Shown here: positions 40,301-54,443 of the stretch, piece after piece
How the letters are laid out: every line of letters begins with the position of its first letter
Numbering within the stretch: the stretch's first letter is position 1
Notes under the pieces: generated by a model
Seen by the model: only the letters and a program-made list of their open reading frames with translations
Database searches by the model: none
What the model was told of the DNA's origin: nothing
Program-made: the position numbers and the translations under genes
Source: Geosiphon pyriformis uo1
Taxonomy: Eukaryota; Fungi; Glomeromycota
Assembly: GCA_016748015.1 (NCBI GenBank)
Contig: JAAOMT010000495.1
Coordinates: forward strand, 136,989 to 200,988
DNA length: 64,000 nucleotides
Reading direction: 5' to 3'

Positions 40301-42067
40301 TTCAATCAGAGCAATAGGACAAGTGTTCATGAAAACTCTCTCCTATTTATATGGTTTAGGAATTATAGAAACCCAAGCTTCTCTCCAAGGTCCAGGAATT
40401 AACTCACTAACTAAACATAGGTTCAAAAGCACCAGAAGCATATTCAAAACTGATTTGTCACACCACTTTCATAATTTGTTAGAGATACCAGAAAGACCAG
40501 CCGCCTTTCCATCAGGAAGATCTTTGATGACTGTTGACATCTCATTAAAACTAATTGGACACATGACACCAGAGAAAACACCATCAAAAATATGCTCCAG
40601 AGGCCGATATTGGCGAACCCAATCTCCAGAGATGTCAGAAACCACCCTACACTTCCTGGTCTACTCTTCCATGATTTCATCCACCTTTGATTTAACAGAG
40701 TCAGGCTCCAAAACCAACTCATGCCCCACAACCAAATAATCTAAGACTACCTTACAAAAGGGACGCTCCAAAACACTCCTAATGGTGTAACCTTTGACTA
40801 GTTCAAAACTCTCCATCCTCTTACCAATAGCCTGCTTGATCAAAGATTTCTCAGCACGTTTGGATTCCAACAACTTAGAAGCATGGTACAACTTCTTTGT
40901 TTTGGCCAGCGCAGAACAAATGGGATTGAAACCAGAACCAGAAAAGAACAGAAATTTCACCACCAACACACCAGAGGAATTAAGCTTATTCCATGTCTTT
41001 AACAATAAAGCAAAATTCCCACCAGAAACCAAGTGAGAATTTCTAACCAGCTTAGACACCAGCAGCTCCAGTTTATGAAACCTAGATGAGACCTTATTAA
41101 AAACATTATCAAAACTCTTGAACTATTTTTTTCTGAAAGTTCCGTCTGCTAAAAGAACCATAATTTTTTGAACAACGTTCCACATCTCATCCATATCTGA
41201 AAATTTTCTAGCCATAACAAAAGCATCTGAAAACATAGAAGTATTATCAGCCGTGGTATTCTTGAACTCCAACCATTTCACCTCACTGGCACATTTGATG
41301 TCAAATTTTCAATAATCACTGTTGGCCTGTTTGCGCAATGAAAATAGCTGCACATCCAATAACCCACCTATACCCACAGACACAGAAACAGCCTTATGAT
41401 CAGTATTAAAAAAGTCATCAACACCAGCTACACTGTGATCCACAACTGTGTTAATCAAATTAGAGGAAACAAAAATGTAGTTAATTGTTTTGGTGACACC
41501 ACAAGAATTGCATCAAGTAGAAGATTTCACAAATGAACTCTCACCCAAAGAGTTAACCAAACCCAAATCAAAACACTTATTGAAACTGGCATATTTGTGA
41601 GAACCGTTCTCATTGAAATCACCACCAAGAACAATGAAAGAAGATTCATTCATTGCTTTAGCAATGAAAGAGTTGATATTACCAGCTTAAAAGAAACAAA
41701 CCACCGAAGAAGCACCAACATACAGTCCTAGAATCAACACAGAAAGTTTGTTCTTAAAAAGCAGTCTCACCAACAAGAGCCAACCAGGAACCTCCGAAAC
41801 CTTGCACACATATCTTGCCAACAAAAAGTTCAAAATAATAGCAACACCAGATCCCATGTGACCAGAATTCAGACCAAAAGTAAAAACATGAATGCCATCA
41901 AACCCATCAGCAATCCAAGGGCAAATCTTCCCCTTCAACTTTGTTTCAGTCACAATGGAAACCATATTGTTCATATTCTTATGCCAACAAACAATGTTCG
42001 TCTTCTTTGCACAATTGTTCATACCTTTAACATTGCACATGGCAATCTTCCAAACTAAATAAGTCAT
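37379..42067 (-). pseudogene. LINE E3 ORF2: APE - RT - RNase H - CCHC
   Basis: CNVKG/ETKL (APE); DQGEVFSPL, AFVDDT (RT); VYTDRSL, TELQAI, FSDSQA, KIKSHLG..GNEHAD (RNase H); CLFCGDVEISDHIFLC. Confidence 0.93.
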
Positions 42068-43997
42068 TGAGATAACATAAGAGCTGACAAACCCGAACCA
42101 GAACACAGAAGATTCAACTTATCCAAAACTGAACCAACTAAAGTTTTCAAAACAACCAATTTTGTCTCCAATCCACCCACCTTGACAGTAAGAACCCTAG
42201 AACCACTAGTGCTGAGGTTGACAACAGCATTATCAATGACAGGGGGAGTAATACCAGAAGAACTCAAAGCATTGTCTACAATCATATCCGAATTCACCTC
42301 AAAACCCAAAGCTGCAGAGACAACAGGAGGGGAAACCAGGGAAGAAGGAACTAAAGGAACCACACCAAAAAAATCCAATCTAACCAGGATGCCAGAAACA
42401 CGGTCAGCCAAAAGCTCCAAAAAGTGTTCCAAAATCACCAAACAATCACTTAAATGGAAGGCAACACGATGGTCAGAGACTGCTGAAGGAGGAACCAAAC
42501 CAGAACGCAAATCATAACCAGAGAAACCAGAAAGCAATGCATGAAAGAAGATGCCACCAGCAACTTGGGCCTATGTCTTGCCACCAAACGAAACTGGATG
42601 AGCAATAGGAGCCAATTTCTTTTTATATATACCAGCCAGACGAACCCGATCCTGATCAGAAACTACCCTTTTCCCATGAGCACCAGAACTTTCACCCACA
42701 GAACAATCAGCATGGATATGACCAAATTGTTTGCACTTGGCACAGCTAGCCAAAACAAGACTAGCCCAATGCAAACTAACACCCTTGAAAATCGGAATGG
42801 TATAAACAGCAGCCAATCTGGCAGCTTCACTTTCAAAACAAATAATTGCATACTGATTGTGGACATATGAACTGGGATCACAGCCAATAAAACAAGTTTT
42901 TCCACCATACGACATTAACAAATCAGACAAATCATGAGCAGAAGTACTCACAGACAACGTATAAAGCATAGCCCGATGTCAATTCCTAGATACTCACGTT
43001 TGTTTATCACAAACAGCCAGCGCTATGCAAACTGAATCTTTTCCCACAAGAACAGACCACTTAGAAGCAACCAAACTGGCAACTTCTGATGACTCAAATT
43101 TAATCCGGGTCTTTTGCCAAAGACCAATCAATTGCATCCTGATGGAAACAAGCTTGCCAAATCTAGAAAAAACTGATTCTACAGCCACCTTTAGAAGATC
43201 CACTGGGATCTTTTTAATGACCACTTCCTGATTCAAACAAATGTTTGCTTTTTTGAGATCACCATTGACAACAATTTTCTCACAGACCGCCATCTCTCTG
43301 GCCTTAATTAAACTAGACTCACTTGTGAAAGTTGAACAAATAACACCAGGAAATTTTGAGGGAGTTGAAGCTCCCCCAAAACCATCAATTTTGTAAAAAA
43401 TTTTTTGATTGAAATGAGCTTATTACCATTAGACCTGCCAGAAACAGCTGACAAATTCACATTAAGAGCAAATAATTTCACTGGCCTAAAACTACAACTC
43501 TTGAGAACACGTGATTTAGAAGAGGGCAGCTGATTGAACTCATTGATTTTAGAAGGCGGCAATATGGAATCATCGTCATCGTCATTCATAGTAACAAATA
43601 GAAGCACCTTAAGAGATTGTTCCAATACATATGTCTGAGTGCGAGTTCTATGCGGCGTAGTCTCATCTATTTTGTCATCTTTACTTGAATCAACATAGCT
43701 TGTCTCCTTGGCAACTAAGTTCTCCAAATTCTCGACATCCGAAAGACCACTTACATTGCCAGAAATGCTACCTACTTTGCTTCTCCAGGATGCTGCTGGC
43801 TCACTATTGTCACCACCCAAGTCTTCCAAATGTAAAGGACCAGCAGATGACTCAACTAAAACGCCAGCTGCAGGCTTTTTAAGCTTCTTGTAGGATGCAC
43901 CACAGGCATATACTGTATCAACACACTTGTTTTTAGCACTCTGATGGGTTCCCAAACCAGCCGAACCCGAACCAGAACCACCAGTAGACGAGCTCAT
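42064..43997 (-). pseudogene. LINE E3 ORF1
   Basis: VVIKKIPVD...QLIGLWQK RRM-like block and zinc knuckle CAKCKQFGHIHADC; frameshifts and stops. Confidence 0.88.
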
Positions 43998-45529
43998 TGG
44001 TTCTATCACAATAAATAAAGGTAGATTAGAAGAAATAGTTAACAGAGACTGAGAGGATAAAGAAAAGGAAAAGCAATTTCTTCAAAATTATTTTTCATTT
44101 TCATTGTGGTTAGGGGATCAACGAGAAAAAAGATATTATATCATTTTAAATTTTTTTTTTGTTAAATAAATATAGCAAAAAGCTATTTTAATAATTTTAA
44201 TAAAAACAACAAATATAATTATACAAAAAATTTATATTATTTATAAAAAAATTATTTGACTTATATTAAAAATTAAAAATTAATATTTAAATCTTTAAAT
44301 TAACAAAAATTATTAATATTGGTATTATAAACTAAAAGTTATTAATAAAAGACTTTAAATACCAAGAAAATCATATTTTTTATAATACTAATTTGTTAAA
44401 CTTATGTTTAATAATGTTTTTTTTGTTTAGCTTCCTAAATTGAAGTATATTAAAAAAATAGAGAAAATAGTATTAAGATATTTTCAGAATTTTTCTTTGC
44501 TTTTCTTGTAATTTGGAAATTAATGAAAAAAAGTTTGTTTACCTCAATTTTTAATTTCATCCAAATTTTTTTTCTGGCAGAATTTTAAGTAATCTGAATT
44601 TAGATTTTAACAATCCAAAAGTCAAAAATAAAAATAAAAATGTTTATTAACAATTAAGATGAGTTTTATTTAATTTAAAATTTGGATTTATTTATTTTTT
44701 ATTTACATTTATATTTTCTGATAATTTATTTATTAAATTTAAAAAATCAAATTTTTGAATTATATCTTGTATATAATTTTATTTATAATAATATTTTTTT
44801 AAATAAATATATTATATTGAAAACTAACTTTTTTTCAAGTTCTTAATTTTAGTTCAATAACAATCTATTTAAAATATGTCAAATTGATTGTTTTAAATTT
44901 AATATTTTCAAGATTTAATATCTTGCTTTAATACATACGCATCCTATAGAATAAAGGAAATTCACATTAGGCCGTCCACCGTACTTCAAATCGATGAGGG
45001 GAATCATCAGGTGGGGTGTGAACATTAATCATCATTTCTTGTTTGCTTGTGCGGTTGATGCATCTCGGAGATGAATGTCGAAACTGTTAATTCAAACCCA
45101 AAAATTGTGACGAAACATGAAGCCGTTGAATGGACTGGACTTCTTGAATAATAATGCCAAGGTATCAATTTACTGTCTTATTTCAGAACAGGGGAAACGT
45201 ATTTGTCTCTAGAAGGATTATTTCGAAATATGACCCTTCTCAGAAATCTCGAACATTGACGCAAAATGAGGATTTGTCCGTTTACTCCAATATATGGCGA
45301 TGTACTGATGTGTGTATTTGTGAAGGGGCAACGTCATCTCATCACTTCTTTTAAATCTGATTTTATTTATCTGGCTCTGCTGTATGTTGATCACAATAAT
45401 TGCAATTGTCACACACTATTTGATCAAAAATAGCCATTTCTATTTCTGTAAAGACTTGAAAAATTCATATTTTCCTGCTTCGATAATCACAAAAACACAT
45501 ATCTGCTATTATTACTTGGCCCTTGAATC

Positions 45530-48500
45530 ATGGATGTGGATTCGGAAACACAGGCCCAAGTGAGGCGTCAAAGACGACGTGATCTGAGAAGCGAAAATCT
45601 TGAAGCTTGGAGAGCTGGGAAACCAGGCATGTTTGATAAGACGGTTTTTGTTGCTTAATATTGAAATATTTCATGGTTCTCTCCACAAGATACTCTTCGG
45701 AAGCCAGCCTGTGATCAAGAGTAGTGTTTTGTGTATTATATACTTTCTGTTTCACTTACCCAAAAACTGATGCTCATCTGTTAGATCCTTTTAAATTCAA
45801 AAATCTCGACTCCAATATCAAAAAGAATACGGGTTTCATCAAAAAATGCAAGACTCAATTGACAGTAGAATATCAGCAGCAGTTGTTAAAGGATATCAAG
45901 ACTCTTACTCTTGAAAAATATATATCAGAAATTGTTGGTGCTGTAGTTGAAGGAGTTTTGAAATGCAAGAATGGATCAGACGTGTGGGTTGCTGTTGAAG
46001 TAAGATGAAAGTTTTCCTTTTCATTCGTCTGAGCCTTAACCTCGGAAATTTGAATCTTTATATGTCTTGGGAAATTTTACGGACTAGGTAATTTCGGCTC
46101 TACATCAAAGGTTCCCTGACACGTTTACTCCATTTTTAACACACACCTTGGCACGATCTCTTGCACCCACTAATCGTCAACAGCTCGCTATTCTTACCTT
46201 CGAGCAACGTGAAAAAGAAGAAAATACTCGTATCACCAAACAACGCGTTTTATTGAAAATTGCCGGCGAGTTATGGTTGGTGGGGGTATTGAGAAACTTG
46301 GAAGATGGGGTGGCGGCATTAAATAGTGGCGGGGCGGCGGTTGGTGCCGGAGGTGTAAATGGGGTTAAGGATAACGTTGCAGGGTTTGTTAATAGCTCGA
46401 TAAAAGAGCCCAAGGATGGCAAAGAAGAAAAAATTAATGGGGATGGTTTCATATACTCCGTGTTGAAAGAATTGGTATTTAAAATTTTCTTTATTTATTT
46501 ATCTTAACCCTCCTCATGAAATCTTTTTTTAATTCCTTGGCAAAATTTCGCCGATTAGCTTGTTAATGACAACAAACATCTCAACCTTTCCCTCGCTGTT
46601 TCTTTTGTGAAAAACTTCGGCCCAGAAATTTTGGGGACTATTCCACGTAAACAAAAAAGGGATGAGGCCGTTACACCTGCTGCACTCGCACAAGTAGAAG
46701 GGGATGCAAGTGTCATGGATAAGGATGGGGATACAGAGGATAGTTCTCTTGAGCATCAAGTCTCTGGCGCAGTTATTGTCCCTGAAAAACAAGGAATTTT
46801 CAAAAAACTCCTTGTCGAATACTTTCACAGTGTGGAGAAACATTTGCTTAAGGATCATGAGGTACCTCTGATAATTTATGCTCACGCTATTTATTTCAAA
46901 AAAAAATTTATTCCTCTTTGATTCACCGCTTTTCACAATTTCATAGAAAATAAAAACATTAGATCGCAGCAATCACGAATATTATATTACCAGAGGTGAA
47001 ATTCCTGAAGAAACCAAACAAAATTATGAAAAAGTCGTCAAAGCTTTTGAAAAATTCCTACAAAATGCTCAAACGTAATTTTTCCTTTTTAAATCGCTCT
47101 TTTTGATTATTTAGATTTGTGCTGAAATTTATATTATTATCAAATTTTTAGGCTAGCAGATTCCCTCGATCTTGAGCTAGCCTGTTTGCCTGATGATGAA
47201 CGTACCACGAAGATTGGCTCCCTCGTAATTCGTGACGGATCTTCGACCTTAGAAAAAGAAGTTAGCGTTTGTTTCTCAAATCATTATTGATTGATATATT
47301 ATTTTCCATTCTATGGCTTATCTGATTTCGGAAATAGGACACTATCAGCAGTATATGGGAAGACGAAGATGCCCACAGCTTCTACGAGTCTTTAATTGAT
47401 CTTAAGACGCTTGTTCCTGGTGTTCTCCTAGAAACGAAATCAAGCAAAAAAGACGAGGGAGACCTTGAAAAAGACGAAGTTACAGAAGAAAACCATAAGA
47501 ATGAGAAATATGATGAAGAGAAGGTTGATGATAATAAATTGGAGAAAAAAGGGAACACAGAGGCTGAAAATATTGTTGAAATGATAGAAAGCATGAAAGT
47601 CCCTTGTCAAGAACTAGAAGATAATGGCGAAAATGAGCAAGTTAACGGAAAGGAAACTTTGCATCTTGAGATAAAAGAAGAGGAATTTGAAGACGACTCT
47701 GACAGCACCAAAAAAGATGTTGAGAAAACCAACAAGAGTGGTGCTTCTGCGCAACTTGATTCTTTATTATCTCGCCTCCCTAATATGGTTAACCGTGATC
47801 TCATCGATCAAGCCGCTGTTGACTTTTGCTATTTGAACTCCAAGTCGGCTCGAAAAAGGCTGCTCAAGGTAGGTTTCCTTTTTTAAATTTAATAATCAAA
47901 CTGATCCTATCGATACGAACCAAAACGTCGCTTATATTCTACGGGCTTAGACTTTGGTTGGTGTGCCTCGTACTCGGCTTGACTTACTTCCTTATTATGC
48001 GCGTTTGATTGCCACGCTTAATCCCCATTACCCAGATATAACCGCAGCGGTATTGCAAGCGGTGAGAACGGAATTCTTCTATAAGCCTTTTATTTTAAAT
48101 ATTTTAACACCTTTCAATATTCATTTAAACCATTTTTATGCATCAATTAGTTGGAGGGAGAATTCCGGTCTTTGCAAAGAAAGAAAACCCCGGATTTTTT
48201 TGAAACCAAGATCAAGGTTTTAACATATTTATTTCTTTTACTGTTTACCACCCAAAAGATCCTTGGATTGAAATACTTTCTTATTATTAGAATATCAGAT
48301 ATCTTTCGGAACTTACCAAGTTCCGTATCACACCCCAGCATCTCATTTTTCATTGTCTTAAGGTGGTTCTTGATGATTTCTCAAACCATAACATCGATAT
48401 TGCCAGCAACCTTCTAGAAACATGTGGTCGGTTCTTGTTTAAAAGCCCAGAAACCAGCGTTAGAATGGGTAACATGGTAATTCATGAATTTAATTTTGTA

Positions 48501-50745
48501 TGGAATTTGAACTGACGAAATTTATAAAAGACCCCCATTAACCTAAATTTGAAATGAAAGCTTGATATAATGATGCGCAAAAAAAACGTTCAACATTTGG
48601 ATAACAGGCAGCTTTTGATGATTGAAAACGCCTATTATCAGGTAGCTTTTGATTTTTCGGAATTCAATTTTTGCCTGTGAGCATCGCTAGTTTTCAAATA
48701 ATATAATCACTGACGAAACAAAACTTCATCTAATTTTATTTAGTGTAATCCTCCTGATCATACTGCAATTGTAGTTAAGGAACGTTCGTTGATGGACCAA
48801 TATATTCGTAAATTGATATATATGGATCTTAACAAAAAAACAGTGGAAAAAGTATTGAAATTGTTAAGGAAATTGAATTGGAATGATAAGGAGGTAAACT
48901 GAAACATTTTTATTGATTCTCAATTCATTATTCTCCTTATTAAGTATGAATGAATTTTCGTTATTCCTTAATAAGGTTTATGCCGTCCTTGAAAAATGTT
49001 TCTCAAAGGTCTGGAAGATCAAGTATAGCAATATTCATCTAATGGCTATACTGGCGTCTGGATTGCATCGCTATCATTCTCATTTTGGTGTTGCATTAGT
49101 GGATCGTGTCCTAGAGGAAATCCGAATTGGTCTTGAAGTAAGTTTGGTTTCTAGTTTATTTTTGACTATGAACTGTGCCTATATTAATTTCTCAACTTTT
49201 CCCTAGCAAAACATATTCAAACACAACCAACGCCGTATTGCTACGGTCAAGTATTTAGGCGAATTATACAATTATCGAATGGTAGATTCTCCTGTGATAT
49301 TTGATTCCCTCTATACCATTGTGACCCTCGGCCACGGTCAGTGCGGTCGCAATTTGATTAAATATCAACGAGAATTGGATAAGATAATATCGAAAATGTG
49401 GTTATTAAATATATTTTTTAATCTTCCAGAGTTTGGAAGACCCTCACCAGCACACCCCAACATTCTTGATGCTCCTAACGATTTCTTTCGCGTGCGACTT
49501 TGTTGCACTCTCCTTGATACATGCGGTATGTGCTTTGATCGCGGAAGCTCTAAGAAAAGACTCGATGACTTTTTAGTGTTTTTCCAGGTAATTTTGCTTA
49601 TGTCAGTTTATGAATACAGCGTATCTGCTTCAAGTTCATTATTATTGATTGGATCAAATGCTAGATGTATATCCTATCCAAACAAAGGCTACCGATGGAC
49701 GTGGAATTCATGGTTTCTGACACATTTGAGGTATTTAAAACTCCTTTTTTTGGAAACCTCATCAAGCCACTTGCTAATCATTAAGCTGCGTTTAAACCAT
49801 TTAATAGCTATTACGGCCAAACATAAAACGATACTCAACTTATGAAGAAGCTGCTGAAGAAGTTGATCAAAAGCTTTTGTTGAACCAAAAAGCAATTCAA
49901 ACAAGTGAAGGTGCTGTTAAAAATCAAGAGGAGGCCTTGGATGAAAGCGAAGTTTCTTCATCATCTGAGGACGAAGAGGACGAATATAAAGAAGATCGCA
50001 ATATCAGAGAAATTGGGGAAGACGAAGGATCGGATTTTGAGGTAACGAAATTCTCTACGCTGACTTATTCAATTTGATCAATCTTTATAGCTTTTTCTTA
50101 TACTAAATCATCATACTCAAAGGGAGATGCGGACCATGTAGATCGAGATGATGATGAAGATGAAGTTATTGTGCATACAAATCGACAAGATAAAGTTTCA
50201 ACTTCTGAAGATGAGGAATTTGAGCGTGAATTCAGCAAAATGATGAATGAAAGTATGGAATCACGCAAATATGAGCGGAAGCCTGCGATGCTGGATGTAG
50301 CCATTCCCATGCATCTGAGAGGCAACGAAAAATCTTCTGAATTCATTGATGGTAGTGTTGCCTTCACTTTGTTGACCAAAAAAGGAAATAAGCAACAGGC
50401 AGGTGTTTTAATTTTTCTTGGCGTTTTTATGATCATTTTCTTATCTTTGCTAAAAATCCAACACAGATCAAGACAATGGAAGTGCCAGCTGATAGTGCGC
50501 TTGCTGTCAATACACGCACTAAACAAGAAGCGGAACGTGTAGAGCAGCAGCAACTCAAGGCATTAGTATTAAATTACGAAGAAAGAGAAGAACAAAATCA
50601 GCGTATTGCTCTCGAACATTCTCTACTCAACAGCGGGATGAGGGTCACCTATCAGACAGGAAACCGCCGTCAGAATCAGAGAGGTCGAAAGCTTTTGCAG
50701 CACCAGGGAGGGGGGGGAGGCTATACATATGCCAATGAAGGGTGA
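45530..50745 (+). CDS. UPF2: Nonsense-mediated decay factor UPF2/NMD2 (MIF4G x3, acidic region, UPF1-binding tail); multi-exon span
   Basis: LDSNIKKNTGFIKK, LTLEKYISEIV, IWEDEDA..FYE.LIDL, RLDLLPYYARLIATL, YLGELYNYRMVDS, DFFRVRLCCTLLDTCG.CFDRG, F.REFSKMM.ES, FTLLTKKGNKQQ. A final micro-exon at 50821-50830 is possible. Confidence 0.96.
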
Positions 50746-50944
50746 ATTTGCGGTTTTCTATTTAATAATGGCCTTAATTTAATGAGCCCCTTAAGATTTA
50801 TTTACATCGTCTCCATGCAGGCGTAGATGACAAATTGAGAGATGTAAAATCATAAGGGCAAGATCAATAGTTGATTTCTTGTACCATCAAAACAGATGGG
50901 GTCATCCCACAATCATCAAGCGATTCGACGCCTTCTATTTCCCA

Positions 50945-50964
50945 NNNNNNNNNNNNNNNNNNNN
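50945..50964. other. Scaffold gap (20 N)
   Basis: Direct reading. Confidence 1.
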
Positions 50965-52608
50965 TTGATTCCCTCTATACCATTGTGACCCTCGGCCACG
51001 GTCAGTGCGGTCGCAATTTGATTAAATATCAACGAGAATTGGATAAGATAATATCGAAAATGTGGTTATTAAATATATTTTTTAATCTTCCAGAGTTTGG
51101 AAGACCCTCACCAGCACACCCCAACATTCTTGATGCTCCTAACGATTTCTTTCGCGTGCGACTTTGTTGCACTCTCCTTGATACATGCGGTATGTGCTTT
51201 GATCGCGGAAGCTCTAAGAAAAGACTCGATGACTTTTTAGTGTTTTTCCAGGTAATTTTGCTTATGTCAGTTTATGAATACAGCGTATCTGCTTCAAGTT
51301 CATTATTATTGATTGGATCAAATGCTAGATGTATATCCTATCCAAACAAAGGCTACCGATGGACGTGGAATTCATGGTTTCTGACACATTTGAGGTATTT
51401 AAAACTCCTTTTTTTGGAAACCTCATCAAGCCACTTGCTAATCATTAAGCTGCGTTTAAACCATTTAATAGCTATTACGGCCAAACATAAAACGATACTC
51501 AACTTATGAAGAAGCTGCTGAAGAAGTTGATCAAAAGCTTTTGTTGAACCAAAAAGCAATTCAAACAAGTGAAGGTGCTGTTAAAAATCAAGAGGAGGCC
51601 TTGGATGAAAGCGAAGTTTCTTCATCATCTGAGGACGAAGAGGACGAATATAAAGAAGATCGCAATATCAGAGAAATTGGGGAAGACGAAGGATCGGATT
51701 TTGAGGTAACGAAATTCTCTACGCTGACTTATTCAATTTGATCAATCTTTATAGCTTTTTCTTATACTAAATCATCATACTCAAAGGGAGATGCGGACCA
51801 TGTAGATCGAGATGATGATGAAGATGAAGTTATTGTGCATACAAATCGACAAGATAAAGTTTCAACTTCTGAAGATGAGGAATTTGAGCGTGAATTCAGC
51901 AAAATGATGAATGAAAGTATGGAATCACGCAAATATGAGCGGAAGCCTGCGATGCTGGATGTAGCCATTCCCATGCATCTGAGAGGCAACGAAAAATCTT
52001 CTGAATTCATTGATGGTAGTGTTGCCTTCACTTTGTTGACCAAAAAAGGAAATAAGCAACAGGCAGGTGTTTTAATTTTTCTTGGCGTTTTTATGATCAT
52101 TTTCTTATCTTTGCTAAAAATCCAACACAGATCAAGACAATGGAAGTGCCAGCTGATAGTGCGCTTGCTGTCAATACACGCACTAAACAAGAAGCGGAAC
52201 GTGTAGAGCAGCAGCAACTCAAGGCATTAGTATTAAATTACGAAGAAAGAGAAGAACAAAATCAGCGTATTGCTCTCGAACATTCTCTACTCAACAGCGG
52301 GATGAGGGTCACCTATCAGACAGGAAACCGCCGTCAGAATCAGAGAGGTCGAAAGCTTTTGCAGCACCAGGGAGGGGGGGGAGGCTATACATATGCCAAT
52401 GAAGGGTGAATTTGCGGTTTTCTATTTAATAATGGCCTTAATTTAATGAGCCCCTTAAGATTTATTTACATCGTCTCCATGCAGGCGTAGATGACAAATT
52501 GAGAGATGTAAAATCATAAGGGCAAGATCAATAGTTGATTTCTTGTACCATCAAAACAGATGGGGTCATCCCACAATCATCAAGCGATTCGACGCCTTCT
52601 ATTTCCCA
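50965..52608 (+). repeat. Apparently identical copy of 49301-50944 (UPF2 3' part); probable unmerged contig overlap
   Basis: Offset is 1664 bp, the copy begins right after the N gap, and all ORF-track translations are identical. Confidence 0.9.
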
Positions 52609-53131
52609 CCCGGTTTCGAAAAAAAGATCCCGTGAAGCTTGACGCTCATACTTCGCGCCCTGAATTTATGCCTTGATATCCTCAGTTGACATGATGATCA
52701 ACTTTGATTCTCGGAAAAACGCGAATACATCAATGAAAACGAAAGAAGTAGGCGACTCTTATCGCGTGTGCAATCAGGCTACCATAGGAAAAATTTTCCG
52801 CCCAAAAAAACTCGACCTTACCGTTATTCTTAGTGAGTCTTGGGCACGTTGATAACTTGGGATCATATACAGAGTTTGGGATATGTTGAATATATAAAGT
52901 TTCCAGTTTTACTTTATAACAGCAAAATTGATAACCTTTAACAATGTGCAAGCATCTGCATAGCCTTAAAATTTGAAGTAGGAGCATTTAGTCCCCCAGA
53001 TATTATTTAATCCAAGTTCAAAGCAATATTTACAAAGAGTTATCTCCCCATTTTTTCTTATCCATAATAAACCTTAACCGTTGATTTCAATTTAGCGCTC
53101 TTAATTTAATTATAGGTAAAAAAAGTTTTTA

Positions 53132-54443
53132 TTATAGTATTGCCTCGAAATAATCGCATTCGTTGCACCATATATTCAGCCCGAAACTTGTATCAAAGCT
53201 CAAGTTATGTTCACTACGACAACCGGAGCTATCAAAAAAATATTATTATTTTTTGGTAAAAATCGACAAATGAATGTATTTTCTATTCAATACCTGTGCA
53301 TTTGACTGCATTGGTTAATTCGTGAGATGCTCTAAATAAAAGTAAAGATCTGAGAGCTGGCAAATACTAAAGAATAGCAAATTAATTTTAATAGAAAACC
53401 CTACAAATTGATCAAGTGAGAATCCGCAACCCGGACATTCAACAGCTCTTGCATTGACATAATGGTCGATGACAAAATTATGCTGGAAACAATTGAAACA
53501 TGAACAGTTCAATAGCCAGCCCATATTTTGCAGTTTCATTGGTCTCGTATCCATTTTGCGCAATTCTTGATGAAAATGATACCCTTGCTGCTGATTTTCC
53601 GGATTATTAAAAGCTTCTTTGCTCGTGATCATTTCGATTTCCATTAGGTACGACTGATCTATATCCTCATACTGGTCTTCATATAGAAGTGCATATTCAA
53701 TTTCTTCTTCACTCATTTTATCGATGGAACCCGAACTGGTTTGATTGTGCGAAAACGAATCTACAAGTATATTCGGGACACATGGATCATTAATGTGATT
53801 AAATTTTCAAGATATTTAAAATTAAATTGATTATCAAAGTACCTCGAGTAATTTCACGAAAAATCTCTTCCTCAATCTCAATTTGAGCGTTAATTTCAGT
53901 ACTTGAATATATATCAACAGATAAAGAATATTGACGTTCTTTCTCTTCCTTGAATTCTCTCCATGCATTCGATATTATTTCGCGAATCCACTGTGATTAT
54001 ACAAATTTTGAAAAAACTACATTATTTCGATCAGTCCTTCGTCACCATTCTCTTTTTCCCACAAAAAAGATTTTGATAATTTTTATACGCTTTTATCTGG
54101 TTTCTCCTTGACACGATTTGAAATATAAACGCACCTCTTCCTCATCCTCTTCGTTACTCGAGTCCAAGCGTAACCCAGTTCTTCTCTGGCTGATGGCAAA
54201 TTCTCTTGATGCCTTTATCCTATCCAAACAATGCTGTTTAAACCTGCTTTGCCAATCCAATTTTTTCGCGTTGTTTGACTTAAACAAAGTACGACGACTA
54301 CTATTTGTGCCTGCTGCTGGTTTAACAATGGTTTTAAACCGACGACTGGGTTGTATTGGTATTTGTGATTCATTGCTCGAAGAACTAGGCAGGAGTGGGG
54401 AGTGGACGACAGGGGCGCGCGTATAATTTCGGTATAAAAGCAT
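53132..54443 (-). CDS. RPA-interacting protein (RPAIN/RIP-like), multi-exon
   Basis: N-terminal W..RFKQHCLDRIKASR motif, acidic middle, and a C-terminal Zn-finger set C..C / CPGC / H..C / WCNECDYFEAIL*; GT-AG introns. Confidence 0.8.

Larger units (their letters stand above)
37241..44132 (-). mobile_element. Near full-length RNase H-containing LINE (E3), inactivated
   Basis: 5' UTR at ~44000-44132, ORF1 at 43997-42064, ORF2 at 42067-37379, 3' UTR at 37378-37262, and a (TAA)n/poly(A) tail at 37241-37261. Confidence 0.95.

Noticed and set aside
340-43893. Many short ORF-track entries antisense or off-frame to LINE ORFs (e.g. 340-690, 1175-1492, 37332-37595, 40107-40739)
   Set aside because: They are shadow frames of LINE ORF1/ORF2 with no independent motifs.
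46177-52217. Minus-strand ORFs over UPF2 (46529-46972, 50098-50553 etc.)
   Set aside because: Antisense shadows of UPF2 exons.
50965-52608. Tandem partial duplication or second copy of UPF2
   Set aside because: It appears base-identical including introns and begins exactly at a 20-N gap, which is typical of an unmerged contig overlap. Read depth would confirm.
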